Source of the DNA: Candidatus Omnitrophota bacterium
GTDB lineage: Bacteria; Omnitrophota; Gorgyraeia; Zapsychrales; Fredricksoniimonadaceae
Reading direction: 5' to 3'
Assembly (NCBI GenBank): GCA_015233375.1
Contig: JADFXW010000002.1
Coordinates: 1-44,105 of the forward strand
DNA: 44,105 bases
Under the pieces are notes generated by a model, which had not been told where the DNA came from, ran no database searches, and worked only from the letters and a program-made list of their open reading frames with translations. The position numbers and the translations under genes are program-made. Positions within the stretch are counted from its first letter, which is position 1. Every line of letters starts with the position of its first letter. Positions 35,044-42,413 of this stretch are shown piece by piece.

Positions 35044-36128
35044 TGCGCGTAGGGATTGATGCTCGTGAAATCCAAAATGGCGTTTATACAGGGATAGGCC
35101 GGCCATTGGCTAATTTTCTTCATTATTTTGCTTCACTCGATAATGAGGATACCTGTGTCCTGTTTTCTGCTCAAGAAATCCCCATTGATTTTGGCCCTAA
35201 GGTCAAGAAGGTGGTTATCCCTGAAAAATTGACTTTTTATTGGGACCAGTGGCAATTACCAGAGCAGTTAAAGAAAGAGGGGGTTGAGATTTTTTATTCC
35301 CCTTATTATAAAATTCCTTTTTTAAAGCCTTGTCGTTGTGTCAGCTCCATCTTGGATTTGATGTATTTAACGTTTGGGCCTTACTACAAGCGTATGCCCT
35401 GGTGGTCTAAATTATATTACGCTACTTTTGGGAGGGCTTTTGCACATCGATCAGATAGGGTGTTGACATGCTCAGAATATTCTCAGAGAGATATCCAGCG
35501 TATTTATGGAGTGAAGCCTGAGAAAATCAAGTTAATTCCTTTAAGTTTGGGTGATATTTACCGACCAGAATCGGGCGCTTCACCAGTGAAGGGGCGATAT
35601 CTTTTGTATGTGGGTAATTTTAAGATACATAAGAATGTGATAAATATTATTAAGGCTTTTGCGTTATTAGAAAACGAGTTTCCTGATTTGAAATTGGTAT
35701 TAGCTGGCCCTCGGGAATACGAGTATAACGCCTTAGTGGCAAAGGTCCATGATTGTCATCTGGACCAGAAGGTCATTTTTTTAGGGAAGATTACCCAGGA
35801 AGATAAGCCTCATCTTTTATATAGCGGGGCAGAGGTGTTTGTGATGCCTTCTTTGTATGAGGGTTTTGGCCTGCCGCCTTTAGAAGCCATGGCTTGTGGG
35901 GTGCCGGTCGTTGCCTCGAATACAACATCGATTCCTGAGGTGGTTAAAGACGCGGGATTGCGGGTTGACCCTATGGATGTAAAAGCTATTGCTGAGGCCA
36001 TCAAGAGGATTTTGAAGGACCATGTTTTAAAGCAGGAGCTGATTGCCCGTGGTTTGCGTTATGCCAAGGAATACGAGGCCACAAAGGTGTCTCGAATGCT
36101 TTATGATTTTTTGAAAGGCTTAAGTTAA
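35043..36128 (+). CDS. GT4 glycosyltransferase
   Basis: YEGFGLPPLEAMACGVPVVASNTTSIPEVV. The TAA stop (36126-36128) begins junction motif TAATCTATACGCGCGG. Confidence 0.85.
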   Translation: MRVGIDAREIQNGVYTGIGRPLANFLHYFASLDNEDTCVLFSAQEIPIDFGPKVKKVVIPEKLTFYWDQWQLPEQLKKEGVEIFYSPYYKIPFLKPCRCVSSILDLMYLTFGPYYKRMPWWSKLYYATFGRAFAHRSDRVLTCSEYSQRDIQRIYGVKPEKIKLIPLSLGDIYRPESGASPVKGRYLLYVGNFKIHKNVINIIKAFALLENEFPDLKLVLAGPREYEYNALVAKVHDCHLDQKVIFLGKITQEDKPHLLYSGAEVFVMPSLYEGFGLPPLEAMACGVPVVASNTTSIPEVVKDAGLRVDPMDVKAIAEAIKRILKDHVLKQELIARGLRYAKEYEATKVSRMLYDFLKGLS

Positions 36129-36141
36129 TCTATACGCGCGG

Positions 36142-36321
36142 GGCTTGAGGGAGGGCTATTATGTTTTCAGAACAATAAGGGATTTTTGGCCAAATGTTTG
36201 CGAGGGCTTACAATAAATTTTTTCTAAATATACTAAGGATGCTTTAGAAGAAATTTATTGTAAACCGAAGCAAACGGCCAAAATATCCCGTTCAGAAAAC
36301 ATAATAGCCCTCCCTCAAGCC
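36142..36321. repeat. Long palindromic intergenic element E3 (subfamily II, inner segment inverted relative to E4)
   Basis: GGCTTGAGGGAGGGCTATTATGTTTTC...loop CTAAATATACTAAGGATGCTTTAG...GAAAACATAATAGCCCTCCCTCAAGCC. Confidence 0.9.
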
Positions 36322-36365
36322 TTGCGTGATTTACCCAATCAAAATTTTCAACAGAATTCATATAT

Positions 36366-37895
36366 ATGGTTTACTTTTCAAAAATATTATTGATGGTCTG
36401 GGGCATGAGATTATTGTTCGTGCTGATAGCAGCCGCCTCAAAATTAAATCAGTTCTTCCTTTTATCATCTTTTCTTTTTGTCCTCATGGTCTTTCATGCC
36501 TGTAATGGAGTCTGGTGTGGTGATTTTTGGATACATGCTGTGGTGGTGCGTGAGTTGGCCACACATCCGTTTGCCCCTCAACATCCTCAAATGTTAATGA
36601 ATGCGGCGCACGCCTTTTATTCACCTTATACGTTAGGTGTTGCCTGGCTTGTCAGGATATTCTCTTTAAGCCCCATCCAAGCCCTTTCTATGGCAGGGCT
36701 TTTTAATTTTCTTCTTTTTATGAGTGGTTTAAAAATATTTGTAACGCTTTTACTGGGGCCAGGCCGGCGGGCTTTTTATACGCTTTTATTGACCCTTTTT
36801 TTATGGGGGCAGACACCGTGGTTTTTTAGCGGTTTTTTTCATTTTAAGGTTTTAGGATATGTGTTGCCCTATCCATCAACCTTTGCCATGGCCCTTGTTT
36901 TTTATGGGTTATCAATGGTGATTTTATTTTTGCGCCAAAGAAGTTGGTGGATGCTTTTCGCCCTGTATTTGTTAAGTACCGTTGTTCTTTTGACGCACAC
37001 ATTAAGCGCTGTTGTTTTATATGTAGGGTTTTTGGCTCTTGCGGTTGGATGTTCACAAGAAAAAGTGATGGACGGTGTTTTAGTTCTTTTGCTTGTTCCA
37101 TTGTCTCTTTTCCTGGCAATGGCCTGGCCTTATTATTCCATATCACAACTTTTTATGACAAAAGGGGCCTTTATAGATGCTGAAAATATATGTATGTATC
37201 AAGGGGTGTGGGGGAGTATCGGACCTTCTTTTATCGGTTTCTGGCCTCTTTTTTTAAGGATAAAATCTAATAAAAGAGATCCATTAGTTTTAATGTTTAT
37301 AGCGTTAGCGTTTATTTATGTTTATGGGGGCATCACGGGTCATTATTCTTGTGGCCGGGTGATCTCCTTCTTGGTTTTTGTTTTGCATCTGGCTATTGCG
37401 GATTGGATTTCAAATCATGAAAGATTCTTTGAACAGAAGTTTATAGAAAAAAGTCTTTTTCTTTTGATTACGGGTTTCTTCATATTGGGGTTGTTTTATA
37501 ACTGTGCCCCCCAGGCAAGGGTGTATTGGCCTGGGATCAAGAATAGTTATAACCAGTATTTGTTCTTAGGAAAATATACCAAGCAATACGATGTCATTCT
37601 TGCTGACTTAGAAACCAGTGATTATGTGCCTGTGTTTGGAGGCAAGGTGGTGGCGTATAAGCATTCGAGACCTTTTGTGAAGGACAGTCAAGAACGAATC
37701 AATGATGTGAATGCCTTTTTTGACAAACAAGCATCTCTAAAAGAGCGTCAAGCAATCATCAATAAGTATCATGTTCATTTTATATTGATAAGTAAAGAAA
37801 AACAAAGTCAGGGGCCCTCAGTGAAGGATTTTGCTTCTTTGGGGCAGGCAGTATATGTTGATCAGAAGTTCGCGTTGATTAAATTTACACCGTAG
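36366..37895 (+). CDS. Polytopic membrane protein, GT-C-like architecture
   Basis: 509 aa with many TM segments and a soluble C-terminal domain of about 110 aa. Post-TM acidic/aromatic motif GDFWIHAVVVREL. The function is inferred only from architecture. Confidence 0.5.
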   Translation: MVYFSKILLMVWGMRLLFVLIAAASKLNQFFLLSSFLFVLMVFHACNGVWCGDFWIHAVVVRELATHPFAPQHPQMLMNAAHAFYSPYTLGVAWLVRIFSLSPIQALSMAGLFNFLLFMSGLKIFVTLLLGPGRRAFYTLLLTLFLWGQTPWFFSGFFHFKVLGYVLPYPSTFAMALVFYGLSMVILFLRQRSWWMLFALYLLSTVVLLTHTLSAVVLYVGFLALAVGCSQEKVMDGVLVLLLVPLSLFLAMAWPYYSISQLFMTKGAFIDAENICMYQGVWGSIGPSFIGFWPLFLRIKSNKRDPLVLMFIALAFIYVYGGITGHYSCGRVISFLVFVLHLAIADWISNHERFFEQKFIEKSLFLLITGFFILGLFYNCAPQARVYWPGIKNSYNQYLFLGKYTKQYDVILADLETSDYVPVFGGKVVAYKHSRPFVKDSQERINDVNAFFDKQASLKERQAIINKYHVHFILISKEKQSQGPSVKDFASLGQAVYVDQKFALIKFTP

Positions 37896-37904
37896 GAAAT
37901 TCCT

Positions 37905-37944
37905 TTTCCCCCTCTTTTTTTAAAGAGGGGGAAAGGGGGAGTTC
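37905..37944 (+). repeat. Hairpin plus G-rich (SD-like) unit, copy 2 of 2
   Basis: CCCCCTCTTT-tttt-AAAGAGGGGG then AAAGGGGGAGTTC. Same architecture as the minus-strand copy at 8828..8876. Confidence 0.7.
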
Positions 37945-38018
37945 TCGTTGAAGTTTGTCGTAAGCGCTAAGTTTAGTTTCTTGTATTTTCTTTGGTGGAC
38001 AAGCACTCTATGTGCGTA

Positions 38019-38197
38019 GGCTGGCGGGAGGGCTATTATGTTTTCGGAATGGGATATTTTGGCCGTTTGCGTCTGTTACAATAAATTTTTTCTAAAGCAT
38101 CCTTAGTATATTTGGAAAAAATTTATTGTAAATCCTCGCAAACATTTGGCCAAAAATCCCTTATTGTTCCGAAAACATAATAGCCCTCCCGCCAGCC
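38019..38197. repeat. Long palindromic intergenic element E4 (subfamily II)
   Basis: GGCTGGCGGGAGGGCTATTATGTTTTC...loop CTAAAGCATCCTTAGTATATTTGG...GAAAACATAATAGCCCTCCCGCCAGCC. Confidence 0.9.
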
Positions 38198-38244
38198 CTG
38201 CATGATTTACCCATTCAAAATTTTAAAGAGCCTTTAATTTTTAT

Positions 38245-39255
38245 ATGCTTAAATCAAATGAAGGTAGAATTCCAGAATTAGACGTCCTGCGCGGCTTGGC
38301 AGCGCTGGCTGTATTGTGTGTTCATTATACGACCAGTTATACGGAAGAATATTTTCCGCCTTATCCGACTTTGTTTGATTTTTCCAAAGGAGGATATGGG
38401 GTCCATTTGTTCTTTATGATTTCTGGTTTTGTGATTTTTATGACCTTGGAGAAGACAAAGAAACCCATGGATTTTTTTGTTTCAAGATTCTCAAGACTTT
38501 ATCCCGCTTATTGGGTTGCGGTTATTATTACATTTTGTTCTGTGAGGTTTTTTCATCTGCCTCTGCCTTTAGGGGATGTAACCAATAAGGAAGCCTTGGT
38601 TAATTTAACAATGTTCCAGGAATGGTTTGATATGCGTAATGTGGACAGGGCTTATTGGACGCTTACGGTGGAACTTTCTTTTTATATCCTTATGTTTGTT
38701 CTTTTTCTAAAAAAGGGCCTTAAACATATTGAATGGTTAGGCTTATTGTGGTTAATGGTCATGGTGGTCACCTCCAGGCTTTATTGGTATGGGCATATTC
38801 ATATGCCTATGTGGATAAGGCATTCTCAGATGTTAAATTATGGCCATTTATTTTTTGCGGGTATTTTATTTTATAATTTAAAGAATAAAGGTGATGTTTG
38901 GTATAGGTATTTAGGGCTGGGTCTTTGTTTGATCACTGGATTTTTAGTCAGGAAACATAGTGCAGACATATATTTTGAAGCAGCTTTTTTTATTATCTTC
39001 TTTCTTTTTATCAGAGGGTATCTGTCCTGGCTGGTGATGCGACCGCTGGTTTTTTTGGGGACTATTTCTTATAGCTTATATCTAACTCATGAGTATATTG
39101 GATTTATTATTATCAGGTATTTATTTTCAATAAAAATGAATGCCTGGGTGTGTTTTCTCCTCCCCACCGCATGCGCCATAGGATTGGCTACAACAATTAC
39201 ATATTTTATTGAAAAGCCGGCCATTAAATGGATAAGAAGGAAACCGTTGAGTTGA
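38245..39255 (+). CDS. Acyltransferase family 3 (OafA/NolL-like) membrane O-acyltransferase
   Basis: LDVLRGLAALAVLCVHY..GVHLFFMISGFVI. 336 aa and polytopic. Confidence 0.85.
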   Translation: MLKSNEGRIPELDVLRGLAALAVLCVHYTTSYTEEYFPPYPTLFDFSKGGYGVHLFFMISGFVIFMTLEKTKKPMDFFVSRFSRLYPAYWVAVIITFCSVRFFHLPLPLGDVTNKEALVNLTMFQEWFDMRNVDRAYWTLTVELSFYILMFVLFLKKGLKHIEWLGLLWLMVMVVTSRLYWYGHIHMPMWIRHSQMLNYGHLFFAGILFYNLKNKGDVWYRYLGLGLCLITGFLVRKHSADIYFEAAFFIIFFLFIRGYLSWLVMRPLVFLGTISYSLYLTHEYIGFIIIRYLFSIKMNAWVCFLLPTACAIGLATTITYFIEKPAIKWIRRKPLS

Positions 39256-39286
39256 TAAGGAATTTTACTAAGCCCTAAAAAGGTTG

Positions 39287-39295
39287 TGTTATACT
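39287..39295 (+). promoter_or_regulatory. Extended -10-like element TGTTATACT
   Basis: Lies 25 nt upstream of the ATG at 39321. No clear -35 element. Confidence 0.3.
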
Positions 39296-39320
39296 AAAGC
39301 TAAGAAAATAGGATGATAAA

Positions 39321-39554
39321 ATGATAAAAATATCAAAAAAGCAGGCACTTATCTATAAACAAAGATGGAATCGTGTGCGGCAGGTTCAAAACCTGGAACT
39401 GGGGTCGGATTCTATCCTTTTAAAATTTAAACAACTTTGTTTCCTTATGGATTCCTTTTGCTTAGCACCTGTTGATCAGAACAGAGAAAATGAAATAAGC
39501 CGGATAAGGCAACATTGGAAAATTCTGAAAAAACAACACCATAATGCCAGTTAA
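39321..39554 (+). CDS. Hypothetical small protein
   Basis: 77-aa basic ORF with AGGA 8 nt upstream. Overlaps the next ORF by 11 nt. No motif recognised. Confidence 0.4.
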   Translation: MIKISKKQALIYKQRWNRVRQVQNLELGSDSILLKFKQLCFLMDSFCLAPVDQNRENEISRIRQHWKILKKQHHNAS

Positions 39555-39843
39555 GAAAAAAATATTATTTTTGAATGGGTTATTGCCTTTTGAAGAAGAA
39601 AGCATGAAGCGTAGGATATTTCACCAGATTGGGACTTTAAGAATCCCTTTGCCTACACCGGAAGATCTGATTATCATGAAAATGATCGCCCATAGGCCTC
39701 AAGATATGATAGATATAAAAGTTATTTTGGAGGCCTTTCCTAAGTTGGATCGCAAAAGGATCCAAAAATGGGTGAAAGAATTTTCTATTGCATTGGAAAA
39801 TTCAGAAATCTTGTCCGATTTGAAAGCTTTAATGAAGCATTAA
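39544..39843 (+). CDS. Hypothetical protein resembling only the C-terminal half of nucleotidyltransferase-fold (DUF2204/AbiEii-like) proteins; possibly a remnant
   Basis: PTPEDLIIMKMIAHRPQDMIDIKVIL matches the E-D-L-I..K..A.R.QD..D pattern I remember from the C-terminal region of such proteins. No N-terminal GG..D.D nucleotidyltransferase motif is present in any frame upstream. Confidence 0.35.
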   Translation: MPVKKKILFLNGLLPFEEESMKRRIFHQIGTLRIPLPTPEDLIIMKMIAHRPQDMIDIKVILEAFPKLDRKRIQKWVKEFSIALENSEILSDLKALMKH

Positions 39844-39849
39844 ATAGCG

Positions 39850-41271
39850 TCATGTCAAAACGGACTTGGATGATTTCTTCTCGGGAGTCGTGAAAATTAG
39901 CTTAAATGCCAGAATGCAGAATATCAAGATAATCGCATTGAATGGCAGGCGCATGCGATCTCCTGCGGCGCCTGTAAAGAGGGCGGTTGCAAGGACGCTC
40001 AACAGGGTTGGGAAATATAAAAATAGAGACTGAAAGACAGGTTGATGATTCTGTTTTCTATATCTTTGAAAAACAATGATAGGAAAAGCTAAAAAGCTCA
40101 ACAGGAGTATCCATTTATAAACCCTTGAAATTTGAAATAATACCTGCCGAATCTTTCCATGATTATTGTATTCATCGCTTGAGGTGCTGACGAATTTCAT
40201 GCGTTCGTTGATAGGTTTTGTGAGAAGTACGACGGCATCAGAGATATCAAAATAAGAATATAAGAAGAAGGTGCGAATTTCCTCCAGTGCATTCTTAACG
40301 AATAGAAGAGGATGATGTTGATAGGTGGTAAATACAGTATTTTTTAATTGCGCATCAACCAAGGCCTCTGTTTGGCTAAATGTTTTGCCTGATTTTAATT
40401 CTTTCATAAAAAGATCTGAATAGGAGGCATGGCCTGTTGAAGAATCACTTCCTATGTGAACATGATGAAGGACAGAACCACCTTGGCTTGACAGTGTCCA
40501 GTGATTAGTAAGATGGTGGTTACGATATGCCCATGCGCCTAAGGTAAGACAAAAGGCTAGTAATACGCAAAACATCCTGGGTAAAATATTTTTTTCTCGT
40601 TTGATGAGGCCTACGACCAAAGCCGTTAGGATTGAAGAGACGGTATAAATAATCAAATTGCTGCGAGTGAAATTAGCCATTATTCCCAATATACAGGCCA
40701 TGAATAAATGGTTTCTGGAGGCCTGGTCCTTATTTCGCATCAGATGATACGTAAAGCCTGTTATACAAAATCCAGCCATGAATTCTGTTCCAATCCCCCA
40801 ACGGACAAAATACAGGGGGCTGAATACTAATAAAAAATGATAAATTTTTTGCCATCTCGTCTGATCAAGAAAAAGGCGGCCTAAAAGAAATCCATAAATA
40901 CAAATGCCGATATAGAACAGATAGTTTAAAATAAGAGCAACCCATGGTGAGTCCCAAATAAAACGTAATAAGCAAAGAAGAAAAGGATAACCTGGCAAGC
41001 GAACGGTGCAAGGGATGATGGAAGGGACAAGATTTAAAGAGTCAAGTTTTTCTAAATGAAAAAGGGGATAGAATTTAGGCGCGGTATATGCAAATTGATG
41101 AAGAGACAAGAGATTGCCGGCTAAATGCCAATACTCATAACCATCTGAGCCCAGGCCTACTGGATTAAGGACAGGGTGGACATAGGAGACTACAAAAAGG
41201 GTGAGGGTTATCAATCCAGATAGTAAGAAAGCTAGATTCATACCTTTTATATTATCAAAATATGAACACAC
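39850..41271 (-). CDS. GT-C-like (ArnT/PMT_2-like) polytopic membrane glycosyltransferase
   Basis: 473 aa and polytopic. Post-TM1 motif GSDGYEYWHLAGNLL. The start may instead be the ATG at 41241 (MNLAFLLSG), which would remove the 10-nt head-to-head overlap with 41262..42413. Confidence 0.55.
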   Translation of the reverse strand: MCSYFDNIKGMNLAFLLSGLITLTLFVVSYVHPVLNPVGLGSDGYEYWHLAGNLLSLHQFAYTAPKFYPLFHLEKLDSLNLVPSIIPCTVRLPGYPFLLCLLRFIWDSPWVALILNYLFYIGICIYGFLLGRLFLDQTRWQKIYHFLLVFSPLYFVRWGIGTEFMAGFCITGFTYHLMRNKDQASRNHLFMACILGIMANFTRSNLIIYTVSSILTALVVGLIKREKNILPRMFCVLLAFCLTLGAWAYRNHHLTNHWTLSSQGGSVLHHVHIGSDSSTGHASYSDLFMKELKSGKTFSQTEALVDAQLKNTVFTTYQHHPLLFVKNALEEIRTFFLYSYFDISDAVVLLTKPINERMKFVSTSSDEYNNHGKIRQVLFQISRVYKWILLLSFLAFPIIVFQRYRKQNHQPVFQSLFLYFPTLLSVLATALFTGAAGDRMRLPFNAIILIFCILAFKLIFTTPEKKSSKSVLT

Positions 41272-42413
41272 GCATATCTAAAATTAGGATTTTATATTTG
41301 CATAACATGACTCAAATCAGTGGAGGGGAGCAGAGCCTTTTAAATCTTTGGGCAAAACTGGACCGTCAGCGATTTGAGCCTTTTTTAATAATCCCTGAGG
41401 AAGGTGATTTAAGTCGTGCTGCTAAAATCCTTGGTGTTCCAGTGGCTTTTCTTGATGTGCCGCCGCTTCATTCTGAGAATTGGAGGCAGATTTTGCAAAC
41501 GGCCCTTCTATTAAGAAAATATTTACGTTTAAACAGGATTGACCTCATCCATTCGTATTCACCCCGTAATAATATTTTAAGCGCCCTGGTGGCCAGGTTT
41601 TTAGGCCTGCCTGTTATTTGGCATGAGCGTAACCTTATTTTTGGTGATGAGCCGGATAGAAGCAGGCAATTTTTTTATTTACCATCCCGTATCATTTGTA
41701 ATTCTCAAGCCGTGTCAAAGCGTTTTGAAGGAGTCAATGGTTTTAACCAGAAGGTGAGGGTTATTCTTAATGGGGTTGACTTGGAGGAATTTAAGCCGCT
41801 TGATGCCAATCTTAAAATTCAAAATAAGTTTGGGCTTGTTGATAAGAAGGTGGTAGGCATGGTCTCTAATCTTAATGCAAGAAAGCGAATTGAGTTCTTG
41901 ATAGAGACAGCTCCCTTGGTTGTTGAAAAAATGCCTGATGTTAAATTTTTAATTATTGGGGGAGAATTTCCAGATGAAAGGGGTTGGCGGCTTAAAGAAC
42001 TGAAAGCCCAGGCTAAGCGTGCAGGAGTCCTTGATCATATCGTATTTGCCAATTTTCAGGACGATGTTTGTCCATTCTTGAATGTTCTTGATCTTGTTGT
42101 TCATGTGACCCCCAAAGAAGCCTGTAGCAGGGCGATTCTGGAGGCGATGTCTTGTGCTAAGCCCGTGGTGGCCATGAATGATGGGGGGAACCCTGAATTG
42201 GTGAAGGATGGACATACAGGCGTTTTAGTCACTCTTGATGACAAAGAAGTTTTGGCCGAAACTATTATTAATCTTCTCTGTGATGATTCAAGGCGTTTAA
42301 TGATGGGCCAGCAAGGACGGCAAAGGGTGGAACAATTGTTCGATGTGAAAAGAAATGCCCAAGAAACCCAAAAGGTTTATTTAGAATGCGTTTCCTCATC
42401 GATTTCTTCTTAA
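41262..42413 (+). CDS. GT4 glycosyltransferase
   Basis: IRILYLHN..GGEQS and KEACSRAILEAMSCAKPVVAMNDGGNPELV. Confidence 0.85.
   Translation: MNTRISKIRILYLHNMTQISGGEQSLLNLWAKLDRQRFEPFLIIPEEGDLSRAAKILGVPVAFLDVPPLHSENWRQILQTALLLRKYLRLNRIDLIHSYSPRNNILSALVARFLGLPVIWHERNLIFGDEPDRSRQFFYLPSRIICNSQAVSKRFEGVNGFNQKVRVILNGVDLEEFKPLDANLKIQNKFGLVDKKVVGMVSNLNARKRIEFLIETAPLVVEKMPDVKFLIIGGEFPDERGWRLKELKAQAKRAGVLDHIVFANFQDDVCPFLNVLDLVVHVTPKEACSRAILEAMSCAKPVVAMNDGGNPELVKDGHTGVLVTLDDKEVLAETIINLLCDDSRRLMMGQQGRQRVEQLFDVKRNAQETQKVYLECVSSSISS

Noticed and set aside
33934-38244. Integron gene-cassette array, with the palindromes as attC sites
   Set aside because: Cassette-like spacing and conserved extrahelical bases are suggestive. 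However, there is no intI gene or attI in the window, and no GTTRRRY/RYYYAAC core sites at the palindrome ends. The elements are longer than attC sites. Their centre is conserved and their ends variable, the opposite of attC. I keep this only as an analogy.
41241-41271. 10-nt head-to-head overlap of the divergent genes 39850..41271 and 41262..42413 as a shared regulatory trick
   Set aside because: It is most simply explained by the minus-strand gene starting at the downstream ATG (41241, MNLAFLLSG). No palindrome or promoter motif was seen.
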